Assembly (NCBI GenBank): GCA_963764165.1 | Contig: CAVXRD010000002.1 | Span: 1,568,001 to 1,632,000 of the forward strand | DNA: 64,000 nt | Source: an uncultured Verrucomicrobiae bacterium | Lineage (GTDB): Bacteria > Verrucomicrobiota > Verrucomicrobiia > Limisphaerales > Palsa-1400 | Direction of reading: 5' to 3' | Part shown: piece by piece, positions 49,858-60,254 of the stretch | Layout of the letters: every line of letters starts with the position of its first letter | How positions within the stretch are numbered: the stretch's first letter is position 1 | Notes under the pieces: generated by a model | What the model was told of the DNA's origin: nothing | The model's input: only the letters and a program-made list of their open reading frames with translations | Databases searched by the model: none | Translations under genes and position numbers: made by a program

Positions 49858-51462
49858 CTACCGATCACTGTCTTCCCGGTAAATAGCGCAGCGGCCCAAG
49901 TTGCCGTATGGGTCCACCGCCGTGACTGCAACCTCGTCAGGAAGCTTTGCCGCAAGATCCTGCGCAAATGTCTCCGAACGTTTTTCCGCAGGGAGAATCG
50001 TGGTGGTCCAATGGCCGTCCCGCTCGATTTGCACCACCCATTGGCGCACGGTTCCGGTTCCTCTGGGCTGCCAGTCCAATTTCAAAAACCCATGTTCCAC
50101 GCGGCCGAGAAGCGCCGGCTGCGGAATCGTTTCACTGAAGGAAGGGCCGACCGCGGGAGCAAGCGCGCCGCGCTCGTTCAAGATGTGGCCAAGCAGCTCC
50201 ATTTCCGGGTTGCCATCGCGAAACAGCGGGCGCGAGTGCCAAAGAATCTGCCCGGAAATCCCCGCCTGCTGCTTTGTCAATCGAATTTGCCGCTCGAATT
50301 CGCGGGTTTCATCCGGGGTGTTCCGCCAGGCGCCGACCTGCATGCCCGCGAGCATGGTTTTGTGGCGCGGATTTTGCCCTGCCCACCACTGGAGCAAGAC
50401 AGGAAAACTTTGCGGCTTCGACTCAATCGGCCAATAAAGCTGCGGCGCGCAATAATCCACCCAGCCCTCGGCCAGCCATGTTCTTGCGTCGCAATAAATC
50501 TTTTCGTAGGAATCAAAGCCGGTGATCTGCGCGGGATATTTCGGCCGCCAGATTCCGAACGGGCTGACTCCAAATTTCACCCACGGTTTTTCGCGCTTGA
50601 TGGATTGATAAACCGATTTGACAAACTTGTTGACGTTTTCGCGCCGCCAGTCCGCCCGCAGCATTTTTCCGCCTTTGTCCAAGTACCGGCGCCATGGGCC
50701 GTCGTCGGGGAAGTCGATTTCCTTGTCGTCGGGCGTCTTTTCCGGATACGGGTAAAAATAATCGTCGAAATGAACGCCATCGATGTCGTAGCGCCGGACA
50801 ACATCCATCACCACGCTCAGCGAATATTCCTGCGTGCCTGGCTCGGCGGGATCCAGCCACAGGTATTTTCCGTAGGTGCGCACCAATTCGGGATGGCGGA
50901 TGCTGACGTGGCTGCTGGCAATCGGCGATTTGAGCTCGCGCAAGCGCGCACGGTAGGGATTGAACCACGCGTGCAGTTCAAGTCCGCGCTTGTGGGCCTC
51001 GGTCACCGCGAAAAGCAATGGATCATAATACGGCGAAGGAGGCCGCCCCATTTTGCCAGTCAAGTATTCGGACCACGGCTCGATTTTGGAATCGTAAAAC
51101 GCGTCGCAACTGGGCCGGACTTGCAACACGATGACATTCATGTTGGCCGCCGCCGCGTGATCCATGATGTTGAGCAATTCCTGCTTTTGCAGGCTGGGAT
51201 CAAGGACATTTTTGTTCGGCCAATCGATATTGGCGACGGTGGCCACCCACAGCCCGCGAAATTCCCGAGGCGGCGCGGGCGGCAAATCCGCCAGCTTTTT
51301 ATGCGCCACGCTGTGGTCGGAGGATTGCAAGCCTGGCTTGGATGGACTTGACGAGGTGGATTGGGACGAAGATGTGTCGGTCGATGTGGAGACAGAGGCG
51401 CAGCCGACCAGGCTGCATAACAGCACGGGCCATAGGTTGCTTTTCTTCGTCAGCTTCCGCAT
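49858..51462 (-). CDS. Glycoside hydrolase-like family 10 (DUF187/YddW-like) lipoprotein
   Basis: Lipobox LVGC, REFRGLWVATV, HAWFNPYR, DGVHFDDYFYP, PQLYW. Confidence 0.9.
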   Translation of the reverse strand: MRKLTKKSNLWPVLLCSLVGCASVSTSTDTSSSQSTSSSPSKPGLQSSDHSVAHKKLADLPPAPPREFRGLWVATVANIDWPNKNVLDPSLQKQELLNIMDHAAAANMNVIVLQVRPSCDAFYDSKIEPWSEYLTGKMGRPPSPYYDPLLFAVTEAHKRGLELHAWFNPYRARLRELKSPIASSHVSIRHPELVRTYGKYLWLDPAEPGTQEYSLSVVMDVVRRYDIDGVHFDDYFYPYPEKTPDDKEIDFPDDGPWRRYLDKGGKMLRADWRRENVNKFVKSVYQSIKREKPWVKFGVSPFGIWRPKYPAQITGFDSYEKIYCDARTWLAEGWVDYCAPQLYWPIESKPQSFPVLLQWWAGQNPRHKTMLAGMQVGAWRNTPDETREFERQIRLTKQQAGISGQILWHSRPLFRDGNPEMELLGHILNERGALAPAVGPSFSETIPQPALLGRVEHGFLKLDWQPRGTGTVRQWVVQIERDGHWTTTILPAEKRSETFAQDLAAKLPDEVAVTAVDPYGNLGRCAIYREDSDR

Positions 51463-51902
51463 CACGGATTGGCCAGAGACATACCGCACGCCCGCCGTGT
51501 TTGGAAGCTATTTTGGAAAAGACGTTGAGAATTGGAATCAGGAGCTTCCGGAAAGACAACCTGACGCCTACGCCAAATAAATGGCGCGGAAGAATCCGCC
51601 CGCTCCCTTCGGATTGAAGCAATAGGCCTTGGTTGTCGATGGGTGCGGACTGCGGTTCTTTTGCCTTCCGTTTGAACTATCCGGAATTTCCGGATAGTTG
51701 CCTCTCGCTGCAATTCTCCCTCTCGAAATACATTTTGAAGGTGCTCATTGATCGTTCGCACGTCCTGTTGGAACAGGCCAGCCATCTGCTTTTGCGACAG
51801 CCAAACCGTTTCATTTGCGAGTTTGACCTCAAGGCGCATTCGCCTGTCCTCGGTTTGGTAAAGAATGGTTTCAGACCCCGGCGCCGGACTCTGCTCGCTC
51901 AT
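51462..51902 (-). pseudogene. Truncated RhuM-family protein (N-terminal ~80 aa only)
   Basis: ILYQTED..LEV..ETVWLSQKQMA.LF..DVRTINEHL.N.F.EGEL..ATIRKFRIVQTEG, after which similarity stops (~51655). Confidence 0.7.
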
Positions 51903-51916
51903 GGAGAAATGTTCTA

Positions 51917-53017
51917 TTGATCTCTGTATAATATAGTGACAATATCACCAAAGCTCGGCTTGCTTCCAGAAGGCAGTGACCAATTTGGGTCTGCGCCGCA
52001 TCCGGCTCAGGGCCTTGCGCCCGCAATGACTCAACTTCGCCAGGTCGGCCGCGCAAAGATTGGGCAACTCGTGCTGCTTGAAGTAACCCCAGACATACTC
52101 GGTGGGATTGAGTTCGGGCGCATAGGCAGGCAGTCGTTCCACCCAGATTTTGCCTTTCAGTTGATCCACATAGTCCCGCACCAGCCGGCTGCGGTGGATG
52201 GGACCACCGTCCCAAATGACCAGAAGCTTGCCCGGGATGTGGCGTTGCAGATGTTTCAAGAATTCGATCACCTGCGGGCCTTTGATGGTGCCGGGGTAAA
52301 GCCGGAAGTAAAAGTTCCAGACCGTCACCCCGGCGATGATCGAAAGCTTTTTCCAGTTGAAGTCGAACTGCAATACCGGGGTCTGGCCGCGCGGCGCCCA
52401 AGTGCGAACCCGGTGCGGCTTCTGGCTCAATCCGCTCTCGTCGATGAAAACCACGATTCGCCTCTCGCGGAGGGCTTTTTTTTAAGCTGCGGCCAGCGCA
52501 CTTTGCGCCAGCGGGTGATCTCCCGCTCATGGCGCTGCCGAGCCTGGGTGGTGGGCCGCTGGCAGCTCCAACCCAGCTTTTGCAGAAGCCGGCAAACATG
52601 GTCCTCGTGGTATTGGACGCCCGTCAACCGTTGGATAACGGCGGCCACCCGCCGGGTGGTCCAAAGCTGGGTGCCAAAGTCATGGGCTTCGGGTCCCTGT
52701 TTGAGGGCCCGTTCCAACTGGCGGAAGTTCTCGTCGGTCAGGCGGGGCTTGCGCCCGGCTCGCCCAGCCTTTTTGAGAGAGGGCGCGCCATGGTCCTGCC
52801 AAGCCTTATGCCAGCGGCTGACCGATTGCCGGTGGACGCCAACTTGGCGGGCGACCTCGGCCTGGCTCAAGCCTCGGTCGAAAAGTTTGACGGCTTTCAT
52901 GCGCCGCCGTTCCAGTTGTGCAAACTGCGCCAAATCGCGTTTTACGCCTTTAGGATTTCCCATACCCAAAAATTAGCATAAAAACAATAATGTGTCACTA
53001 TATTATGCAGAGATCAA
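51917..53017 (-). mobile_element. IS630-family insertion sequence (~1.1 kb)
   Basis: 25-bp TIRs TTGATCTCTGTATAATATAGTGACA / TGTCACTATATTATGCAGAGATCAA (1 mismatch), flanked by TA at 51915-51916 and 53018-53019. Confidence 0.93.
51945..52963 (-). CDS. IS630 transposase (OrfA HTH + OrfB DDE joined by a -1 frameshift)
   Basis: OrfA HTH with WTTRRV..LGWS. OrfB FIDESG, IWDG..H, LPAYAPELNPTEYVW. Slippery A-run (A AAA AAG) at 52475-52483. Confidence 0.9.
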
Positions 53018-53089
53018 TAAATGGATACGAGGGTTGGGGCAATGGGAATCAGGCCAATGTCGCGGATCCGCCCCGTGGAGCGTCTCCCG

Positions 53090-54127
53090 TCATTTTCTTC
53101 GTTTTTCAAAGATTGTGAACAGGGCGGCTATGACGACGATCCCCAGCCCAAAATAGATCAGCGCCATGCGCCGTCCGCGTGTGGCGATGAGATAGGAGAA
53201 AAACGGACGGTGAAGTATGATAAAACGCCCGTGGTACAGGGTGGCTGCGTACAAGTCCGTGCGGGTCTCATACTCCAATTCTTGATGCCAATATCGAGGA
53301 GCCTCAAACAGTCGTTTTGGAAAAGATTCTCGCGAAAGGTGGAGCGAATGGATTTGAAATTCAAAATCAACATTGGAGAATTGCTCGGCGGGAGTCGCGT
53401 GATAGTAGGAGGTTATTTTTCTCGGGAAAAAGGGCGCGTCTCCGAACTCCGTGGAGGAGTTTGTGGGGTAGCCGGAATACAGGAAGGTATAATAGTCGGT
53501 TGACGTTGTCATGGCGCGCGTGGCATCGAGACGCGCGGCAAATCCGTTGCTGGCCCAAAGAGAGCCGCTCAATCGAAATCCCCTGCGATTGGTGAGGCAA
53601 AATGAATCTCCCGTCCACCGAATACTCCCAACGGGAATTTCCCACAATCCACCGCAAAGGATTCTGGAAAAAGTAATATCACGAGTTGATAACGACGCGC
53701 GGGCGGCTGAGGGCGGGGAGAGGCGGTTTGTCCACCACAGCCCCTGGTCTGGAGCGGTGAGGATGGGGCATGCCGGGGGCGTGGCGTCGTCCTTCCACCA
53801 TTCATAAGCAGCCCTTGTGACTCGCCAATAGACATTGTCATAGTATCCCGCAGCATCGCAAAAGTAGTCTTTGCTTCCCGCTTCGAACGCGGAGAAATCG
53901 GACGCCGTTGGAAACCTTTGGTGGACGAAAGCATTCGGCTGCCAAATTTCGTGGATACAAGACTTATCTCCCGAATGTTCGGAAATGAGATCAAGCGGCG
54001 TGGGATGTTCCAGGAATGCCTTGAACTGTTCAACAGCATTGGTGGTGGCCGACGCAGAACAGATGACTGCGGCGTTGAGACCTAGAACCAGCCGCCACGC
54101 CATCCGAATCGACCATAAGTCCGCCAT
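53090..54127 (-). CDS. Hypothetical exported/membrane-anchored protein
   Basis: Signal-like N-terminus and a C-terminal TM followed by KRRK. Confidence 0.65.
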   Translation of the reverse strand: MADLWSIRMAWRLVLGLNAAVICSASATTNAVEQFKAFLEHPTPLDLISEHSGDKSCIHEIWQPNAFVHQRFPTASDFSAFEAGSKDYFCDAAGYYDNVYWRVTRAAYEWWKDDATPPACPILTAPDQGLWWTNRLSPPSAARASLSTRDITFSRILCGGLWEIPVGSIRWTGDSFCLTNRRGFRLSGSLWASNGFAARLDATRAMTTSTDYYTFLYSGYPTNSSTEFGDAPFFPRKITSYYHATPAEQFSNVDFEFQIHSLHLSRESFPKRLFEAPRYWHQELEYETRTDLYAATLYHGRFIILHRPFFSYLIATRGRRMALIYFGLGIVVIAALFTIFEKRRK

Positions 54128-54129
54128 GA

Positions 54130-55107
54130 CTATTTTTCAATCGCGCTGAGGGCGACGTCGGCGCGGCGGCGCACTTCGGGCGCTTTATCCTGCAATGCCT
54201 CCCGCAGCGCGGGAATCGCGGCGGACGCAGCAGGGCCGATTTGCCCGAGATACGAACAGACGATGGCGCGGTCGGCGGCGTCGCCGTTGGTGAGCGAATG
54301 GATCAAGCACGAGACAAACGCGGCATTTGTATCGTTCATCATCAGCAAGTCGTGCGCGACGACGTGGGCCTGGGCGGAATCGCGCGCCGCGAACAGCACT
54401 TGCTCCAAGACGGGGAGCGAAGTATTTGTATGACTGGTCATTCTCCAAAGCACCCACGCCGCGTCATGCCGGATTTCCAAGTTGGTGGAGGTGTCGCACA
54501 GGGCTTTGACCTGGGGCGCGGCGCTGGCGGCCGCCGGTCCCATCTGCGCCAATCGCCGCCACGCCTCCGCCCCCACGAACGGATCCTCATCCGCCCCGGC
54601 CATGACCAAATACGGGAGTTGGTTTGTGCTCGGGCGGCTGTTCTTCAGAGCGTCCAAGACGGATTGACGGAGTGCCGAATCGGGCCTGGCCAGCAGAGGA
54701 TAGACATCGGCGATCAGAGCCGTGTTCGTGGCATGCTGGATCAGGATTACAGCCGCCATGCGGGAAAGCGCGGGATCTTCCGGCTTGGAAAGCCACCCTT
54801 GCGCAACGCTCGGCAGACGCTCGTAGAGGACGCGGTAGGCGCGGGAAAGCGGATCGGGATTGGCTAGCATCGCGTTCATCAGAAATGGCTCAGCGTTCGT
54901 TCCCATGGCATTAAACGCGGCGATGGCTTCAAGCTGCCTGCCCTCGGCCCCGACCACTTCGCCAATCCATGAACCGGTGGAGCGACCTTGGTAGTAGGCT
55001 TGCGGAACACGCCGATGCAGTCCGGCGGCAAGGATGCAGGCGCACACGGCGAGGAAGGCGGCCAAGCGAAGCTTGGAGAATCGGGGGCGCGGCACAACAT
55101 CCATCAA
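54130..55107 (-). CDS. HEAT-repeat protein with N-terminal TM
   Basis: YQGRS..WI motif and repeats such as LGQIGPAASAAIPALREALQD..VRR.A..AL. Confidence 0.8.
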   Translation of the reverse strand: MMDVVPRPRFSKLRLAAFLAVCACILAAGLHRRVPQAYYQGRSTGSWIGEVVGAEGRQLEAIAAFNAMGTNAEPFLMNAMLANPDPLSRAYRVLYERLPSVAQGWLSKPEDPALSRMAAVILIQHATNTALIADVYPLLARPDSALRQSVLDALKNSRPSTNQLPYLVMAGADEDPFVGAEAWRRLAQMGPAAASAAPQVKALCDTSTNLEIRHDAAWVLWRMTSHTNTSLPVLEQVLFAARDSAQAHVVAHDLLMMNDTNAAFVSCLIHSLTNGDAADRAIVCSYLGQIGPAASAAIPALREALQDKAPEVRRRADVALSAIEK

Positions 55108-55547
55108 TTCGGCGGCGGGGCGGGTTTCATGCGAAATGTTCCGTGGTCATATTTGCAGCGATAGCTGCATACGAACTCATCCGCGCCTGCTGTGCCATGA
55201 TAGCTGTAGACGCCTCCGGCCAGGGAGCCGAGATTTGCTTCGCCATCCAGATTGAGTTTTTCCCCCTCCCATTTGCCTTGGAGCGGAACGGCATACGCGA
55301 CTCGCAAAATCCCGCCGTAAACCGCGTGAAACGTTGCCCGATAGCCGCTCCCGTCCGCATGGTCGAGCAAGCAGCGAAGAGCGCCGTGATGGCCGTTGGC
55401 CTCGCTGCGCCATTCGCCCTGCCATCGGCCTTGGAGTCCGTTCCCGGCGCTGGGGGCGGGAGAGGGCTGCTTCCAGCGGCGTTTGAAATCAGCGCCGCTG
55501 TTGAAGAATGCGGCGAGAAGATGAGAAATTTTGCGAACGAGTCCCAC
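55104..55547 (-). CDS. Hypothetical protein
   Basis: G.WQGEWRSEANGHHGALRC...GG.YSY.G...YDHGTF.M. Overlaps the HEAT gene start. Start uncertain. Confidence 0.65.
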   Translation of the reverse strand: MGLVRKISHLLAAFFNSGADFKRRWKQPSPAPSAGNGLQGRWQGEWRSEANGHHGALRCLLDHADGSGYRATFHAVYGGILRVAYAVPLQGKWEGEKLNLDGEANLGSLAGGVYSYHGTAGADEFVCSYRCKYDHGTFRMKPAPPPN

Positions 55548-55610
55548 GTTGTCAATTTGGCCGCATCTTGGAAGCAGGTCAAATAGCACCCTCCTGAAAC
55601 CCGGGCGTAA

Positions 55611-56384
55611 TTACCAAAGCCCCTTGGAGTCGATGCCGGGAGAGGAAGCGGCGTTGGTCTGGAGCTGCGGCAATGAGCGCCACCGGACTGACATGTCGGA
55701 ATAACCGATGTTGCCGCCCACCGCGCCCAGCGTCACGCTGGTTGTCCCGGGAGGGCCGACAGTGAAAGAGGAACTCTTCATCATGGCCGCGCCTAATGGA
55801 GTGTGGGGAGCGACGCTCATTTGCGAAGGGAACGGGCTTGAATCGGGGCTGGTCGAAGTGGTCCAGTAATTCGCGTCAGCCAAGAGCTCATTGGTGCCGA
55901 GCGTCGGCAGTTTGACCTGATTGTCTTCCACGTCAGGCCCCTTGGTTGAAAAAGAACTGCTGCCAGCCAGATAGCTGTATCCAATGACAAAGCCAAATGC
56001 GGTTGTATGCTGCGCCACAGACCCTGGCCCATTGCCGAAGACGATGTTCGGACAATAGAAGACATTGGAATTTCCTCCCACATAGGTCAGAAGATTGGTG
56101 AAAGTCTCGTCAGACAGGATGATCGAGTGGTAATACCCCTTGGAATCCGCGGAATTGGGCATGAAGTTTTCGTTGTCATTCGCATACATCTGAATGACGC
56201 TGAGAAGCGTGCGTTCATTGCTCTTGCAAACGACGCGGCGGGTCCGTTCCTTGGCAGTCGACAACGCAGGAACCATGATGGTGGAGAGAATTCCCGTCAT
56301 CGTGATTACAACCAGCACCTCTACCAGCGTTAAACCGGCTGAAGTGGCTCGCTCGTGCCTTGCCCGCTCATGGCAAATGTGCAT
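55611..56384 (-). CDS. Prepilin-type N-terminal cleavage/methylation domain protein
   Basis: G|LTLVEVLVVI..P.L..AKE....CKSN...MYA.D and C-terminal GGNIGYSD.SV.W. Confidence 0.8.
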   Translation of the reverse strand: MHICHERARHERATSAGLTLVEVLVVITMTGILSTIMVPALSTAKERTRRVVCKSNERTLLSVIQMYANDNENFMPNSADSKGYYHSIILSDETFTNLLTYVGGNSNVFYCPNIVFGNGPGSVAQHTTAFGFVIGYSYLAGSSSFSTKGPDVEDNQVKLPTLGTNELLADANYWTTSTSPDSSPFPSQMSVAPHTPLGAAMMKSSSFTVGPPGTTSVTLGAVGGNIGYSDMSVRWRSLPQLQTNAASSPGIDSKGLW

Positions 56385-56571
56385 ACGTCGTCCGTCGTGT
56401 TTGGCTCGTCTGTCTCGCGAAATATGCAGAAATTGCGGACTCTTTGCAACAAATATTTTTGCCTCGGCCATGAAAGGGCGCAAACCTGTTTTTTGGCAGG
56501 GCGACGCCTCGCAGAGGCGAGCGGGGTGAGAATCCCCCGAAAAGGCTGGCCTGCGCCAAGGGAGGTTTGGC

Positions 56572-59500
56572 TTACGGCGCGGTAATACGGTAATAGCGAG
56601 CAGGATAATTCTCCCATTTCGCATCGCTGAACACCACGGAGCCGTTGGTGAGGGTGCAGGACAGAACGGGCAGCCATGTGGAATCAGCCAAATTTGTACT
56701 GGCTTCCACCACGATGGGAATATTTGCGGTGCCCGTGATGTTGAAACCAAACAGGTTCCCGTTTGCCCCAAAGGTGGTCCCGCCCGACTGCATCAGGGGA
56801 TTCCACCGCGACGCCGGAAGGCCTGCAAAGGTCGAACTCCAGCCGGTCCTTCCCGGGAGATAATAGGCAGTTGGGCTGTTTTGGCCAAACACAGCGCCAT
56901 TTGTGGCTGGCGCGTTGCCCGCAAAAAAAACTCCGGTCAAATTGTAACAACCATAAAACGCATCTGCCCCGATGCTGGTGATGCTGGCCGGGATCGTGAT
57001 GTTTGTCAGACTTTCGCACGCGTAGAACACGTAGGCGGGGAGCGCTGTCACGCTGCTTGGAATCGTTACGTTCTTCAACGCGTACATTTCCTCGAATGCG
57101 TAGGCCCCAATGCTGGTGACGCTCTCGGGAATGGTCAGGGTCGAAAGGCTTGCGCAGAGCCCGAAAGCGTACTGCCCGATCGAGGTGACGCTGTCAGGAA
57201 TTGCCACGGACGACAAATCGTAACAATCGTAAAACGCGTATGCTCCGATGGTGGTGACAGTGTTAGGAATGACGGCATTGGTCAAGCCCGAGGAGTAGGC
57301 AAAAAGATAACTTCCCAGCGTCGTCACACCGTTTGGAATGACGATCTCTCCCAAACTGGTGTTTTCAAACACGTAATTCCCAATTCCGGCAACGCTGGCA
57401 GGAATCGTGATCGTCTTGAGACTCTGGCAATCGTAGAACGCGCCGTCGCCAATATTCGTCACGCCGCTGGAAATCGCGACATTGGTCAGATATAAGCAAT
57501 AGCCAAACGCATAAGCTCCCAGATTTCGGACGCTGCCGGGAATTATTACCCGATAAAGGCTGTCGCAAGATTCAAAGGCGTCTTCGCCGATGCTTTGCAC
57601 GTTTGGGCCGATTGTGATGGGGAGTTCATTGCATTCATAGAATGCGTAGTCGCCAAAGTTTGTGACGCCGCTAAGGCTTCCCACATTCGTCAAGAAGGAG
57701 CATTCATAAAACGCTTGCGATCCAATGCTGGTGACACTGCCGGGGAAAGCGGCGCTGGCGAGACTCGTGCAAAGACAGAAGGTGGCGTTTCCAATCATCG
57801 GCAGATAGCCTCCCTCAAATGTCACTTTCGCAAGGCTCCCACATCCATAAAATGTCCCATTTCCCAGATTGTTCACACTGGCGGGAATGGTCATTCTGAC
57901 GAGGTTGGTGCAGGATGCAAAGGCGTCATCTCCGATGTTGGTAACGCTGGTTGGGATCGTGATGTTGGTAAGGACGGAGCCCGCGAACGCGTCTTCCGCG
58001 ATGCTCGTGACCCCGTAAGGGATGCTGAACGACGCCGCGTTGCTTCCTGTCGGAAATTGGATGAGTTCCGTCCCGCTATAATTGTACAACACGCCCTCGA
58101 CGCTGCTGTAGGCTGGGTTGTTTGGGGCGACATTTACCGCAGTCACCTCAACGAGTTCAAAAAACGCGTTTGTTCCAAGATTGGTGACACTGCCTGGAAT
58201 GGTGATCGTCGCCAGCGCGTCGCCGTCGAACGCGAAGTTTCCGATATACCCGATCCCGGCGCCGAGTGTTGCGTTGGTGAGCTGGCGGCAGTTGTCGAAC
58301 GCATAGTCTCCAACACACGTCACGCTGGCTGGAATAGTGATGTTGGTCAGAGCGCACCCCTCAAAGGCATTTGATCCGATGTTTATGGCGCCCGTTCCCA
58401 GCGAGAGGGCCGCCAGTTCGTAGCATTCGTAGAACGCAGAGTTCCCGATGTTCGTAACGCTGTTGGGGATCACCACGCCCTTAAGCCCTGAGCATTCGTA
58501 GAAGGCATAGTTGCCAATATTTGCCACATTCGTTCCAATGGTGACGTTGGTCAGCGCCGTGCCCACGAATGCGTAATCCCCGATATTGGTGATGCTGTTG
58601 GGAATTGCGATGCGGGACAGATCGTAACACCCGGAAAACGCATTGGATCCAATGTCATTGCAGCTTGCGCCAATCGAAATGTTGGTCAGATACATGCAGT
58701 TGGAGAAGGCAAGACCGAAGTTTGTGACACTGTCCGGAATTGCGACCGAGCGAAGCTGGCTTCCCGAGAACGCATAATCTCCAATGCTTGCGGCGTTCGC
58801 TCCCACCGTGATCTGCTTCAGTTGTCCGCAATGATAAAAAGCGTAGGGGCCGATATTGGCCACGCCGCCGGGAATTGAAACGTTGGTCAGCAAGTTGCAA
58901 TATTCGAACATGCCGGATCCAACGGACGCGGCGTTCGTGCTTAGTGTGGCAGACGAAAGATTCGAGCACCCGTAAAACAAATAGTTTCCTATGTTCGTGA
59001 CACTGTTTGGAATCGTTGAGTTGGTCAGCTTGGTGTCCGCGAAAGCATAATCTCCAATGCTGGCCACTCTGCCGCCAAGAGGGGCATTGACCAAATAATT
59101 ACAATCGTAAAACGCATAACCACCAATGCCGACGAGGCTGTTCGGGAATGCGACACTCTCGATCGAAGCCCCAGCGAATGCATAATTGCCGATATAACTG
59201 ACATTTGGCCCCATTGTGACGGTCTCTAACCGAGCACCGGCGAACGCGTAATCGCCGATATTGGTGACGCTGTTCGAAATGGCGTAAACATAGTTGAGTG
59301 GTCCGCCTTGGCATTGGATGAAAGTAGTCAGGCTCTGATTGAGCAGCGCGCCAGCCATGCTGGCGTAAGCGGGATTGTTGGAATCCACATTGATCGCCCT
59401 CAAATACGTGCAATAACCAAATGCGCCCGTGCCAATGTTTGTGACACCGGCGGGTATAACAATATTGGTCAGTCCGCTGTAGGCAAACGCCCAGCTGCCG

Positions 59501-60135
59501 ATGCTGGATACATTCGTTCCAATCGTGACATGGGCCAGGCCCAGGCAGAAATCGAATGCGTAATCCCCCACATTGGTAACGCTATCGGGGATTGCGATGA
59601 TGAGCAAGTAGACGGCACCCTGAAACGCGGCGGATCCGATGCTCGTCACGTTGTTGGAGATCGTATAATTTCCAATGCCTCCCGGGAATTGCAGAAGCGT
59701 GGTTTGCTGTTGATTGAACAAGACGCCCCCGGCGCTGGCGTAGGCTGGATTGCTGGCTTCCACGTTGATCGCCGACAGGTAGTAGCAGTCAGCAAAAGCT
59801 CCAATGCCGATGTTGGTGACGCCGGCCGGGATCGTCACGCTGGTCAGCCGGGACTCAAAAAACGCATAGGATCCAATGCTGGTGATGCTCTCGGGTATGC
59901 TGACGCCGCTTATCTCGGCGTTATAAAATGCATTGGTTCCTATCCCTGTCACAGGCAAGCCATTGATGGTTTCGGGAATCGTTACAGGAACCGAGCTGAA
60001 TCCAGTAAACCCGGTAATCGTGATCGCGCCGTTGTTGGTGATGTAGCTGAACGATTGCGCGCGAACCGATGCCGCAGTGGCCAGGCTGAGAGCACAGAGA
60101 CACAGTCGGACGGCGGAACTCATATTCATATTCAT
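56572..60135 (-). CDS. BspA-like leucine-rich repeat (LRR_5/TpLRR) surface protein
   Basis: Signal peptide and dozens of IP.SVT.IG..AF..C..L repeats. C-terminal FGFNITG..VVEASTNL..W..FSD..RYYR. Confidence 0.92.
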   Translation of the reverse strand: MNMNMSSAVRLCLCALSLATAASVRAQSFSYITNNGAITITGFTGFSSVPVTIPETINGLPVTGIGTNAFYNAEISGVSIPESITSIGSYAFFESRLTSVTIPAGVTNIGIGAFADCYYLSAINVEASNPAYASAGGVLFNQQQTTLLQFPGGIGNYTISNNVTSIGSAAFQGAVYLLIIAIPDSVTNVGDYAFDFCLGLAHVTIGTNVSSIGSWAFAYSGLTNIVIPAGVTNIGTGAFGYCTYLRAINVDSNNPAYASMAGALLNQSLTTFIQCQGGPLNYVYAISNSVTNIGDYAFAGARLETVTMGPNVSYIGNYAFAGASIESVAFPNSLVGIGGYAFYDCNYLVNAPLGGRVASIGDYAFADTKLTNSTIPNSVTNIGNYLFYGCSNLSSATLSTNAASVGSGMFEYCNLLTNVSIPGGVANIGPYAFYHCGQLKQITVGANAASIGDYAFSGSQLRSVAIPDSVTNFGLAFSNCMYLTNISIGASCNDIGSNAFSGCYDLSRIAIPNSITNIGDYAFVGTALTNVTIGTNVANIGNYAFYECSGLKGVVIPNSVTNIGNSAFYECYELAALSLGTGAINIGSNAFEGCALTNITIPASVTCVGDYAFDNCRQLTNATLGAGIGYIGNFAFDGDALATITIPGSVTNLGTNAFFELVEVTAVNVAPNNPAYSSVEGVLYNYSGTELIQFPTGSNAASFSIPYGVTSIAEDAFAGSVLTNITIPTSVTNIGDDAFASCTNLVRMTIPASVNNLGNGTFYGCGSLAKVTFEGGYLPMIGNATFCLCTSLASAAFPGSVTSIGSQAFYECSFLTNVGSLSGVTNFGDYAFYECNELPITIGPNVQSIGEDAFESCDSLYRVIIPGSVRNLGAYAFGYCLYLTNVAISSGVTNIGDGAFYDCQSLKTITIPASVAGIGNYVFENTSLGEIVIPNGVTTLGSYLFAYSSGLTNAVIPNTVTTIGAYAFYDCYDLSSVAIPDSVTSIGQYAFGLCASLSTLTIPESVTSIGAYAFEEMYALKNVTIPSSVTALPAYVFYACESLTNITIPASITSIGADAFYGCYNLTGVFFAGNAPATNGAVFGQNSPTAYYLPGRTGWSSTFAGLPASRWNPLMQSGGTTFGANGNLFGFNITGTANIPIVVEASTNLADSTWLPVLSCTLTNGSVVFSDAKWENYPARYYRITAP

Positions 60136-60254
60136 CTTCCTTCCCATTCAGGCAAATCCGCCTTCTCCCTTTCGGGCGGCGCTGGAGCGAACAAAGTTTC
60201 GCCCTTCGAGTTCTTTTATTGGATCGCGGAGAATTGGTTGCAAGAAAAATGAAA

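Noticed and set aside
56572..60135. DGR target or nucleotide-level tandem repeat in the LRR gene
   Set aside because: The repeats are degenerate protein-level LRR units. No RT and no template/variable repeat pair was seen.
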